Part shown: in pieces, positions 8,810 to 17,040 of the stretch
Position numbering within the stretch: the first letter of the stretch is position 1
Layout of the letters: every line of letters begins with the position of its first letter
IMG/VR virus record: IMGVR_UViG_3300031721_000685
Location: 11,792-75,791 of that record
DNA: 64,000 nt
Reading direction: 5' to 3' (one strand)
Source of the DNA: a virus
The notes under the pieces: generated by a model
Databases searched by the model: none
The model's input: only the letters and a program-made list of their open reading frames with translations
What the model was told of the DNA's origin: nothing
Translations under genes and position numbers: made by a program

Positions 8810-8838
8810 AGTATAGTATATTTAATATCGTTTGTAAA
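8810..8838 (-). promoter_or_regulatory. Sigma70-type early/middle promoter
   Basis: TTTACA-17bp-TATACT on the minus strand. Confidence 0.6.
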
Positions 8839-8849
8839 GACTTTTTTTA

Positions 8850-8857
8850 TATAAATA
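8850..8857 (+). promoter_or_regulatory. T4-type late promoter driving the plus-strand operon
   Basis: Exact TATAAATA about 40 nt upstream of the first ATG. Confidence 0.75.
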
Positions 8858-8897
8858 GTCGAATGACATAATGTTAAATTATATTAGGATTGATGAT

Positions 8898-9443
8898 ATG
8901 AATAGATTTATCATTGCTTTGTTCGCTTTGATTTTCGCATCTACGAGCGTTTATGCTCAAACAGAAGACAAAATAACGACTGATAATACCAGTAAGATCG
9001 ACTCTAAGACTACGGTCACGTCTCCGCCACCGTCTGCTATCTCTCCTACTATCAATTCATCTAACTCTGATTTGTGTACAATCGGTGTAGCGGGAGCAGT
9101 GCAGACTCAGATTCTAGGTCTCTCTGCTGGTAAGACTGTGCGTGATATGAACTGCGAAAAACTGAAGAATGCTAAGACGCTATATGATATGGGTATGAAA
9201 GTTGCAGCAGTGTCTGTGATGTGTCAAGACAAACGTGTTTTTGATGCTATGATGCACGCCGGAACACCTTGTCCATATGATGGCTTGATTGGCGCTGAAG
9301 CTAAAGCAGGCTGGCAAAATGATGAAGAAAAAGCACCGAAAGAAGAAAATACAGTTAGGAGTGTAATGGATGATGATAGCACGATTACCCTTATTGGTGG
9401 CGGCATTGTTCTTGGTTTGCTTACCATTCTCAGCATACTCTGA
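8898..9443 (+). CDS. Exported Cys-containing protein with C-terminal membrane anchor
   Basis: Signal peptide MNRFIIALFALIFASTSVYA; Cys-flanked amphipathic hairpin (DLC..GAVQTQILGLSAG..DMNC); GTPCP; C-terminal hydrophobic helix. The track start 8871 is probably too early. Confidence 0.7.
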   Translation: MNRFIIALFALIFASTSVYAQTEDKITTDNTSKIDSKTTVTSPPPSAISPTINSSNSDLCTIGVAGAVQTQILGLSAGKTVRDMNCEKLKNAKTLYDMGMKVAAVSVMCQDKRVFDAMMHAGTPCPYDGLIGAEAKAGWQNDEEKAPKEENTVRSVMDDDSTITLIGGGIVLGLLTILSIL

Positions 9444-10224
9444 AACTAAATCTGCAACTTCAAGGAACGCAGCAGATAATGTGACAGTATGGGATATGGA
9501 TCTGGTTCTACCACCTGAAACTGGTCTAATCGTAAATCAAGTGCGTTACAATTATACAGTAAATAAAATCCGTGAAGATGCTTTCTCGGTGACAATTCAG
9601 AACAAAAGAGTTGGCGGTGGTGATAAGAATGTTTTTGAAAGCACTGATGATTGGTCTGGCGTAGAAGGTCAGACGATTGTCAAAAATCTAGCTGTCGCTA
9701 ATATACCGAGAATACTCTGGGGCGAAGGCAGTCTCAATACAACGGGCGAAGGTGAAGTCGTAGATGCTAATGTTCGTTATAGCTATACGTTTGATAATTG
9801 TGTTAATCCACTTACAAATCCATTATGTCCTCAACCGGTTGAAAATAGGGAATTACCACTGATTATAAATCCCTTTGACTCAGAAGAGGTGCAAAACGCT
9901 CTTGCACAAACAGTTGATATTGAAGAAGATGATGAGCGCAAAGCCGATGAAGAAAATTCACTTGAAAATAAAGACAGAAGGCGACAACTAGCACGATCAA
10001 ACAACCCCTTAATGACTAATGCTGCTCAACTTGCTGCATTATTTGAACAAATGGCTTTGGTTCCTAAGTTTGAAGAATATTATGCTGTCGAACTACAAGG
10101 CGGCACCTATAAAGAAACTGTTGAATTAAAAGATGCTACATTACCTGACAATAGAAAAGCAATGAGAAGTTTATCTAAAGATCAGAAGTTTAATAAGATA
10201 ATTAGGTCACAATACGAAAAATAG
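9370..10224 (+). CDS. Exported protein: beta-sandwich, CxxPxxxPxCP motif, helical tail
   Basis: Signal peptide ending AYS; beta-rich N-terminal domain; NCVNPLTNPLCP. Confidence 0.65.
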   Translation: MMIARLPLLVAALFLVCLPFSAYSETKSATSRNAADNVTVWDMDLVLPPETGLIVNQVRYNYTVNKIREDAFSVTIQNKRVGGGDKNVFESTDDWSGVEGQTIVKNLAVANIPRILWGEGSLNTTGEGEVVDANVRYSYTFDNCVNPLTNPLCPQPVENRELPLIINPFDSEEVQNALAQTVDIEEDDERKADEENSLENKDRRRQLARSNNPLMTNAAQLAALFEQMALVPKFEEYYAVELQGGTYKETVELKDATLPDNRKAMRSLSKDQKFNKIIRSQYEK

Positions 10225-10237
10225 AGAGGATAAAAAT

Positions 10238-10756
10238 ATGCTCAATAAAGTTCAAATGAGATATTTTTTGTTATCGGCGGTTGCAGCAGTATTTGCAACG
10301 ACTGCTTTGGCAAACGAAGACGCTCCCATCACAGGTACAGTAGAATCTAAATGCGTAATCTTCACCGAAACGCAAGGTATCTATGGCACTCCACTAGCTA
10401 GTAGGCTTTCTACTGCTGTGGCAGATGGTGGCGTACAACCAATCATTCGTTATGATGTAGCGCTTGCTGATGCATTTCTTGGAAAGATTACCTTTCCTAG
10501 CGCATTTTCAAGTTCTCCATCGCTATCTGATACTCAAACGTTTACGGGCAACGTAGAGGTTCACAGTGTATCTGATGCTTTGATGGCAGATTATGACACA
10601 GATAAAATTACGTTTAACAACACTCACGAATATGATTTGACTATTGCTGGTACAGTACGATTCAAAATTTCTTCACAGGTCGACTACGGCGTCAGTAAAG
10701 CGTTTCCTGCTGGTACGTATACATCACTCGTAAATGCGGAGTGCATCGCAAAGTAA
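10238..10756 (+). CDS. Exported fimbrial/pilin-subunit-like protein
   Basis: GAGAGG RBS; signal peptide ending ALA; ITGTVESKC at the mature N-terminus and FPAGTYTSLVNAEC at the C-terminus, as in chaperone-usher/Csu (spore-coat-U)-type pilins; about 150 aa mature. Confidence 0.55.
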   Translation: MLNKVQMRYFLLSAVAAVFATTALANEDAPITGTVESKCVIFTETQGIYGTPLASRLSTAVADGGVQPIIRYDVALADAFLGKITFPSAFSSSPSLSDTQTFTGNVEVHSVSDALMADYDTDKITFNNTHEYDLTIAGTVRFKISSQVDYGVSKAFPAGTYTSLVNAECIAK

Positions 10757-10768
10757 GGTAGATATGTT

Positions 10769-11140
10769 ATGAAATATGTAGTTATAGCAGCAGCGCTATT
10801 GTTATCGTTTAGCGCTGCTGCTCATGAAATGACGCCAGCTTATATTAAAGTTAAACCTTCGGGCGTGCCCAATGTTTATCTCACCGAGATAAAAATGCTT
10901 AATAGAAGAAGTGATGTATCATACTATGAAATAACCGCCCATGATGCTGACTGGAAAAAATTACCCTTTGCTTCTTTTGAAAGGGTATTTAAACTTCCAT
11001 ACACAAAAAGAAAGACTATTAAGATATATTTTAAAAAGAAAACTGTAGACAAGCTTGTCTATGTATGTACGAAATCGAAGATAATTAAAGGAAAAGGAAC
11101 GCTCGTCTCATCTCGAATATGTTCTAAATTTAACCGATGA
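10769..11140 (+). CDS. Exported single-domain pilus-chaperone-like Ig-fold protein
   Basis: Signal peptide ending AAA|HEMTP; P-then-strand N-terminus, MLNR and FKLP..KRKTIKIYF resemble the PapD-type N-terminal domain; two Cys. Confidence 0.45.
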   Translation: MKYVVIAAALLLSFSAAAHEMTPAYIKVKPSGVPNVYLTEIKMLNRRSDVSYYEITAHDADWKKLPFASFERVFKLPYTKRKTIKIYFKKKTVDKLVYVCTKSKIIKGKGTLVSSRICSKFNR

Positions 11141-11544
11141 AATATATTGCTTTTTTGATGATACTGTTGATGAGCACCTCGGCATATGCTCAATCAACTA
11201 GTTTGAATTTAAGTATTCCGAGCGCATCTAACTCGTTTGGAAGCGACAGATTTCGTGCAGGCGATCTAGACTGTCAGAACTCAATAGGTTCTGCTACAAA
11301 CTTCGAATTTGGCGTCACTGGTGTACGAAAGGGAGAGAATACTAATCCTCTCAGTTCAAATTTTGGCAAATCGTCACCAGATGTAGGCGTATATGCTAGA
11401 ATCGTGATACCGCTAGGCGCAAGACCAAAGGCAAGAATTAACTGTGATACGCTATATCAATTAGAACTATCAAAGAAACGATTAGAAATTCTTAAACTTC
11501 AAAAAGAACTCAGTGAACTGAAAGCATTGCAGTTTGAGAATTAG
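11137..11544 (+). CDS. Exported protein with Cys-bracketed amphipathic beta-strands and coiled coil (candidate oligomeric outer-membrane pore)
   Basis: Signal peptide ending AYA; NFEFGVTG and VGVYARIVIPLG alternating strands between two Cys; C-terminal heptads. Confidence 0.5.
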   Translation: MKYIAFLMILLMSTSAYAQSTSLNLSIPSASNSFGSDRFRAGDLDCQNSIGSATNFEFGVTGVRKGENTNPLSSNFGKSSPDVGVYARIVIPLGARPKARINCDTLYQLELSKKRLEILKLQKELSELKALQFEN

Positions 11545-11553
11545 GAGAGCGTA

Positions 11554-12033
11554 ATGGCCGAAGTAGAAATTGCTGGAATAAACCTCAAAGGGGGCAAAAT
11601 CATGGTCCTCTTTACAGTTCTATCTACTCTCGGTGGTGGGCTGTGGGGCGGCTTCGAGTTTTATTCAGACTATAGAGCGATGAAAGAAGTTGTTGAGAAC
11701 ATCGACATTCAGGAAATCAAAGCAGGCAATGCTCTTGTGATTACCAAGTTAGATGAAGCAATCGATTACACCAGAGATATTAAACAGGGACTCAAAGCCG
11801 ATATCATTCGTACAGAGAAAATAACAGACGATACGAGCCGTCGTATGAAAGACCTTGAAAGAGGTATCGATGTTCGTATGAGAGAATTGTCAAAGCTTTC
11901 TCGTGAGTCTGAAAAGGATGTTAGAAATACAATGCGTGAAACAGAAGAACGCATAGACCTCAAGATGGAAAAGCTGGATACTAGTCTGAGAGAGTCGCTT
12001 CAAGAAGCACTTGATAATCCTCTAACAAAATAA
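11554..12033 (+). CDS. Membrane-anchored coiled-coil protein
   Basis: AGGAG RBS; N-terminal TM segment IMVLFTVLSTLGGGLWGGF; long charged heptad region. Confidence 0.7.
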   Translation: MAEVEIAGINLKGGKIMVLFTVLSTLGGGLWGGFEFYSDYRAMKEVVENIDIQEIKAGNALVITKLDEAIDYTRDIKQGLKADIIRTEKITDDTSRRMKDLERGIDVRMRELSKLSRESEKDVRNTMRETEERIDLKMEKLDTSLRESLQEALDNPLTK

Positions 12034-12039
12034 ACATTT

Positions 12040-12528
12040 CTAATTGACATATATTCCTTGACGATTAAAATTATTCATAATGAATTCTTTTGCTAATGGA
12101 CCTTGCAAGGCATATGCTTCTGTTTCCCACGGCTCTTTTTTAGAGAATCTCCTGTATTTGCCATCCTTGCATCTCCAGCTATGAGTGCTTACCATACGTT
12201 TAGTTGCATTTTGCATAACATGAACCATTTCATGACAAACGGTAGAAATGAATGCATCAACGCCATCATCAATCCCTTCTATAATTCCATCACGAGATAA
12301 TCGATTATCTATTTCAATAACATATGATTTATAACCAACATCTTTATAGCAAAACCCATATGCATTCTCTTTTAAAGTGTTTCGGATTATGCATTGAATA
12401 TTTAAATTTCGATGCCGTGATAATAATTTCTTAACACAAAAATCCATAACATTTTCAGCAAGAATTCGGTCTTCTTTGATGCCACCTCTTGTTTCTATAA
12501 TAATCATCGTATTAACAGAAAGCAACAC
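12040..12528 (-). CDS. HExxH zinc metallopeptidase-like protein (SprT-like)
   Basis: TVCHEMVHVMQ and EPWETEAY. The true start is probably MIIIETRGG. Confidence 0.7.
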   Translation of the reverse strand: MLLSVNTMIIIETRGGIKEDRILAENVMDFCVKKLLSRHRNLNIQCIIRNTLKENAYGFCYKDVGYKSYVIEIDNRLSRDGIIEGIDDGVDAFISTVCHEMVHVMQNATKRMVSTHSWRCKDGKYRRFSKKEPWETEAYALQGPLAKEFIMNNFNRQGIYVN

Positions 12529-12659
12529 AACAAAAGAATAAGAATATAAACTATTTCTATAACCATCATTACTCCCACGGAAACTATAGAATACATACCT
12601 GTTGGAAAATAAAGCTGATAGAATGAGCTATTAAGAAAGAGATTAATTAAATATTTCAT
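12504..12659 (-). CDS. Possible small hydrophobic leaderless protein
   Basis: ATG about 7 nt downstream of a TATAAT box; hydrophobic 51-aa product. Weak support. Confidence 0.3.
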   Translation of the reverse strand: MKYLINLFLNSSFYQLYFPTGMYSIVSVGVMMVIEIVYILILLLCCFLLIR

Positions 12660-12666
12660 ATAAGCT

Positions 12667-12694
12667 ATTATACAGCATATGCGAGAAATGTCAA
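12667..12694 (-). promoter_or_regulatory. Sigma70-type early promoter
   Basis: TTGACA-16bp-TATAAT with an A/T-rich UP-like tract upstream. Confidence 0.7.
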
Positions 12695-12755
12695 CCCAAA
12701 ACACGATAAAAATGAAAAATAATTCAAAAAAGTTTCGTTTTAAATACATTTTTTG

Positions 12756-12763
12756 TATAAATA
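12756..12763 (+). promoter_or_regulatory. T4-type late promoter
   Basis: Exact TATAAATA. Confidence 0.65.
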
Positions 12764-12767
12764 GAAC

Positions 12768-12929
12768 ACTGGGTGCGTGTTAGTGTATTCAAAGGAGTAC
12801 AAGAGGCAAGTGTTAGGATCATATCAATCCAAAGCAAGGAAAAGTCGAAGTCACACTAAGGTGTCGCTGGGGTTGCGTTCGACCACGCTGATAGGTAAAT
12901 AAAACCGCTTCTTCGAGGCGGTTTTTTTT
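12768..12929 (+). ncRNA. Candidate structured small RNA (about 160 nt)
   Basis: Bounded by a late promoter and a terminator, with no ORF. Pairings: GCGTG/CACGC, GTCGAA/TTCGAC, TTAGTGT/ACACTAA, GTATTC/GAGTAC, GGAT/ATCC. Confidence 0.5.
12901..12929. terminator. Intrinsic terminator, probably bidirectional
   Basis: AAAACCGCTTC-TTC-GAGGCGGTTTTTTTT; also lies just past the gp41 stop on the minus strand. Confidence 0.8.
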
Positions 12930-12944
12930 GTCTTCAGCAAATGA

Positions 12945-14360
12945 CTACGCAAAACTAGCCTTCCATATATTCTTGCCAAACTTTTTAGAAAGGCTAGAGT
13001 CTTTCTCTTCTTCCTCCCATCGTTTACCAAACGGACTATTGCTCATAACAGGAGTATCATCTACGAGACCGTCTTGAGCAGATTGTTCTACGTTATAAAA
13101 CCTCATTCTCGAACGGTCAATACCAACAACAAATCGTTTATGGTTATTTGGGTCAGCCCATCGATTTTTCAACTGTTTGAACATAATTTGACCAAGTTGC
13201 TCTAACTCTTCTGTAGCAATGAGAGCGATCATAAAATCAGCCGTTGCAGGTAGACCAAACGACTCAGAAGTATCTTCAAGACCAACATCTGAACTACTAA
13301 ACCCAGAGCGAGTCGTTTGAGTAGCAGATACAATTGGAACATTAAATTCTACAGCAAGACCACGAAGTTCTTCGGCAATAGACTTGATTAGAGTATAAGA
13401 GTTCGCCATAGCGTTTGCTTTTATGCGGCTACTTGTACAAATATTCAGATAGTCGATGTAGATGATATCTGGTGTAATATTCTTCTTGAGTTTTAATTCG
13501 TTTAGCAGATGACGGAAATGGCCAGAGCCAGCAGATGCTGTTGGATATTCTTTTATAATCAACTTGCCTGTAGTTTTACTCTTCAGTCGATTGATTTTCT
13601 TTTCAAAAACATCTTTAGGCATCATATGAATTTCGTCAATAGATGCGTCAAGTAGGTTTGCATCAATACGTTCAGCGATTCGTTCTTCGGCCATTTCCAT
13701 TGTAATGTACAATACGTTCTTGCCATGCATAAAATTACTAGCAGCAAAATGACACATTGCAAGTGATTTACCTACGCCTGTGCCAGCAAGAATGATATTG
13801 AGGGATTTACGAGGAAGACCTCCCTTCGTGACTGTATTTAGTAGATCGATATCAAATTCAAGGCGGGCCTCTTTATGATGATAAAATTCATATCGCTCAT
13901 CAACGTTCTCAAGAAAATCGTGACCTACGCTATTGTCAAAGGATACACCCAAAGCGTCTTGAAGTATCTTTGGTATAGACCCCTTGTCTAGGTTGTTGTC
14001 CTTCTGGTCTAAAACACCAATTGATGTTCTAATAGCATTGTATAGAGCCTTGTCTTGACAAAACGTTTCAGTCTTATCAAGCAACCAGTCTTCACTATTC
14101 TTCTCATCATATGATAGTTCATCAACAGTTTTACATACCACATCGAGCTGTTCTTGGGATATGCTACGAGACTCTTCCAACGAAAAACGCAAAGCATCAT
14201 TTGTTGGTATAGAGTTGTAGTCTTTGATATAGGTATCAATCGTTCGATAGATTAGCTTGTGTTCTAAACTTTCGAAATACTCTTCTTCTAAAAACGGTAA
14301 TACTTTCCTTGTGTATTCTTCATTATGTAATAGACTCCCTAGAATGAGAGATTCGATCAT
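12945..14360 (-). CDS. 41: Replicative DNA helicase (T4 gp41-like, DnaB family)
   Basis: LAGTGVGKS, ITMEMAEE, IDYLNI, SATQTTRSG, SESFGLPATAD, KQLKNR. Confidence 0.95.
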   Translation of the reverse strand: MIESLILGSLLHNEEYTRKVLPFLEEEYFESLEHKLIYRTIDTYIKDYNSIPTNDALRFSLEESRSISQEQLDVVCKTVDELSYDEKNSEDWLLDKTETFCQDKALYNAIRTSIGVLDQKDNNLDKGSIPKILQDALGVSFDNSVGHDFLENVDERYEFYHHKEARLEFDIDLLNTVTKGGLPRKSLNIILAGTGVGKSLAMCHFAASNFMHGKNVLYITMEMAEERIAERIDANLLDASIDEIHMMPKDVFEKKINRLKSKTTGKLIIKEYPTASAGSGHFRHLLNELKLKKNITPDIIYIDYLNICTSSRIKANAMANSYTLIKSIAEELRGLAVEFNVPIVSATQTTRSGFSSSDVGLEDTSESFGLPATADFMIALIATEELEQLGQIMFKQLKNRWADPNNHKRFVVGIDRSRMRFYNVEQSAQDGLVDDTPVMSNSPFGKRWEEEEKDSSLSKKFGKNIWKASFA

Positions 14361-14403
14361 GTATTTTTCCTCTATTTACGGCCATCCAGCAAAAACATTA
14401 TCA

Positions 14404-15468
14404 CTACCCGTTTGCTTCAGCAAAAACATCCTCTTCTTCTGGTGCGAACATCGAGTTTTCTCCAATAGTGTAACGACTCTTAATATACTCTGAAAAGTCG
14501 GTGGTTGTAAACATATTTGTCCAAAATTTTCCATTATCTTGGATTTCTTTTGCTCGCATCTTGTCGCCAACGAGTTCGCCTGTTTCACGATCTACGAGTT
14601 GATACCAACCGTTTGAAGGCTTCGCTAGATAGCTCGCTTCAAGAGCAAGAGCCATCAAACCAGACCACTTATTAATACCACCATTCCATGTAACTGAAAT
14701 TGGAATCTTTGACTTCTCCTTGATGAATCGAGATTTTTCAATGTTAATGATGAAATTATAACCAGCAATATCAGTGCCATCTTTCTCTTGTTGGCGACCA
14801 ATAATCCAAATAGAATCTGCCGAGTAATAGATGCCTGTACCACCAGATACAACATCTTTAGAATACATTTCTTGCGTTTTGTAAGTATGATTAACAGCAA
14901 TCAATGGAATATCTTTGAGCGTAAGATGTGGTGTTACCATACGAAACAAAGACTTCATCTGCTTTGCACGAGACATATCTGCAACAGACTTGCCATCCAT
15001 AGCGTCATCAACTTCTTTCTTAGATGCTAGATTGCCCACAGAATCGATGACGATACACACACGGTCACCTCTATCAATCCCGTCAAGTTGCTTCATAATA
15101 TCAAACTTTAGTTGCTCAACATCCATAATAGGAGTATGAACAACACGATTCATATCAATATCAAAAGATTCGAAGTAGTTCTGTGGTGTGCCGAACTCAG
15201 AGTCATAGAACAACACAACAGCATCATCATATTTCTTTAGATATGCACTCGCCATTAGTAGTGAGAATGCAGTTTTGAAGTGCTTAGATGGTCCTGCAAG
15301 CACCGTAAGCCCAGGCATCAATCCGCCATCAATCCGACCAGATAGTGCGACGTTAACCATAGGTACCTGTGTTGGCACCATTTCTTTCTTACCATATACT
15401 TTAGAGTTGGCAAGCGTAGCAGTAAGCTTAACTGTACTATTCTTAGTCAATTTATCAAGTAGGCTCAT
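14404..15468 (-). CDS. uvsX: RecA-like recombinase UvsX
   Basis: AGPSKHFKT, FYDSEFG, IDSVGNLASKKE, VSGGTG. Confidence 0.95.
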   Translation of the reverse strand: MSLLDKLTKNSTVKLTATLANSKVYGKKEMVPTQVPMVNVALSGRIDGGLMPGLTVLAGPSKHFKTAFSLLMASAYLKKYDDAVVLFYDSEFGTPQNYFESFDIDMNRVVHTPIMDVEQLKFDIMKQLDGIDRGDRVCIVIDSVGNLASKKEVDDAMDGKSVADMSRAKQMKSLFRMVTPHLTLKDIPLIAVNHTYKTQEMYSKDVVSGGTGIYYSADSIWIIGRQQEKDGTDIAGYNFIINIEKSRFIKEKSKIPISVTWNGGINKWSGLMALALEASYLAKPSNGWYQLVDRETGELVGDKMRAKEIQDNGKFWTNMFTTTDFSEYIKSRYTIGENSMFAPEEEDVFAEANG

Positions 15469-15471
15469 AAT

Positions 15472-15738
15472 TTATCCTTTGTAGATTTCTGTCAATTTAT
15501 CTCGGAATTCTTCAATCTTATCTAGACGATTAGGCCAGAAGATATAACTCTTTTCTGGATTTGCTGCTAGATTATTAAGTAGTGGTAATACAGATGAGTA
15601 TAGCGCATCTAGACGCTCTTGTATACCTAAAACCTCAAAGGAAGCAGAACTTTTTTCTTCTGCTAACTTTTGTACGACTTCAAGCTCATCTTCATCAACG
15701 GCCGTAAATCCGAAGTCAAATGAATAATCTTCTACCAT
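15472..15738 (-). CDS. Conserved hypothetical protein
   Basis: FDFGFTAVDE..PLLNNL..NPEK.YI.WPNR pattern common in marine T4-like phages. Confidence 0.7.
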   Translation of the reverse strand: MVEDYSFDFGFTAVDEDELEVVQKLAEEKSSASFEVLGIQERLDALYSSVLPLLNNLAANPEKSYIFWPNRLDKIEEFRDKLTEIYKG

Positions 15739-15742
15739 CTAC

Positions 15743-16024
15743 TTACCCTGCTACAAGGGCATCGAACGCAGATGTGTCAACTGCTGCTGCATTTTGTAGT
15801 GGAGTCAAATCTTCAGTTGTCCAGTAACCTGTCTTTCCTAGAATGATATTACAATGCTCAATATTGCGTGAAAGAATGGTTGCATCATCTGTGTAATCAG
15901 CAGGTGTAGCAATGACCGCATTGATTAGATCAACAGAATTCATACAAGCGCTGTACGTATGTGCAATCTTTGCGGTCTTTTCTGCGTCTGTCCAACCTTC
16001 AAAATCTGTGTCTGCGTCTGCCAT
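15743..16024 (-). CDS. Small acidic hypothetical protein, possibly fibre-associated
   Basis: SVDLIN..RNIEHC..YWTTEDLT; AAGGA RBS; ACTAAATA late-promoter variant at 16063-16070. Confidence 0.55.
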   Translation of the reverse strand: MADADTDFEGWTDAEKTAKIAHTYSACMNSVDLINAVIATPADYTDDATILSRNIEHCNIILGKTGYWTTEDLTPLQNAAAVDTSAFDALVAG

Positions 16025-16065
16025 ATTTTGTATCCTTATTATTTGTTGTTTGAGTTGTTATCTAT

Positions 16066-17037
16066 TTAGTATCCGTTAGGAATAATGACGTAATGAATCA
16101 ACAGAACGATGCCAACGCTAACGCCAAGCCCAATCATCATCTTCATGAAGTCTCTTGTAACAAGTGGAAACACTTGCTTCATCTTCGTATTATGAACAGT
16201 TGCGATAGCAAGTTCACGACCAGATAATAGACCAACAAAGACCCAAGTAGTAGACATTGGAATGTTATTGAGTTCTTTGAAGAAGTATAGAATAACGAAG
16301 TATACTAGGTCAATCAGACAAGCACTTCGAATATACTTCGTCGAAGATTTTTCAATAACAATTTGTTGAATCTTACCACCACGCTCTCGAAACATCCAGC
16401 CAAGACCACCAACAAAGATAGCGCTGATAGCGAGCATCATATCAATAGGCACTTCACGAGGCAAGAATACAGCGATGTTAGCCATATCGTGAGACAACCA
16501 AGTCCACCACAGAAGACCGGTAGTACACCACTGAACAACTCGCCAGTATGGACGAGACCAGTGATTGCCAATCGGCTTTCTTTCATCAATCGCTCGACTA
16601 ATCAGATGCCACAACAAATATGCTGCTACTGCTGCCACTGCATATCCCATAATCGACTTCATCAACATCTTTTCTAAAACAAAAGTAGATGCGAATGCAG
16701 AGAGTACGAGGAATGATGTTGATACGGGAACTCCAGCACGAGTGAGACAAAGCAGAATAGCGGGTGCTACTGCGTGATACCACTTAACTTCTTGAAAGGG
16801 AATCTTTGTGAGACGCTCGTAAGAAATGTCTCCGCTATTGATGTACCAACCATACCAGAGAGTTGCTAACAGTACGACTGATGCTGCGACCCATAGAACC
16901 TTCCAATCAAATCTTTCATTGTTGGAAGCAATCCATGTTCCGAGTGTCTGAACAGAATCGTTAGCAATAACTGAATAAGCAGAAAAAAGAAAGCCAATTG
17001 CCATCCAGAGAGTCAGTTGATCCATAATATTCTCCAT
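16066..17037 (-). CDS. Multi-pass membrane protein, PiT (inorganic phosphate transporter)-like
   Basis: Many hydrophobic segments with two internal-repeat motif pairs (VIANDSVQTLGT/PVSTS and LSHDMANI/PMSTT) resembling the PiT GANDxAN and PxSxxH signatures. Confidence 0.6.
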   Translation of the reverse strand: MENIMDQLTLWMAIGFLFSAYSVIANDSVQTLGTWIASNNERFDWKVLWVAASVVLLATLWYGWYINSGDISYERLTKIPFQEVKWYHAVAPAILLCLTRAGVPVSTSFLVLSAFASTFVLEKMLMKSIMGYAVAAVAAYLLWHLISRAIDERKPIGNHWSRPYWRVVQWCTTGLLWWTWLSHDMANIAVFLPREVPIDMMLAISAIFVGGLGWMFRERGGKIQQIVIEKSSTKYIRSACLIDLVYFVILYFFKELNNIPMSTTWVFVGLLSGRELAIATVHNTKMKQVFPLVTRDFMKMMIGLGVSVGIVLLIHYVIIPNGY

Positions 17038-17040
17038 AAC

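Noticed and set aside
8898-12033. Plus-strand operon as a canonical holin-endolysin-spanin cassette
   Set aside because: No endolysin catalytic motif and no clear lipobox for an o-spanin. A non-canonical lysis role is kept only as an alternative hypothesis.
12660-12749. Upstream part of ORF 12504-12749
   Set aside because: It spans the promoter and its A/T-rich UP element, so it is unlikely to be coding.
12860-12890. GTTCGA...CCA resembling a tRNA T-arm
   Set aside because: No 5-bp T-stem with a 7-nt loop, and no acceptor, D or anticodon arms. No tRNA gene was recognised anywhere in the window.
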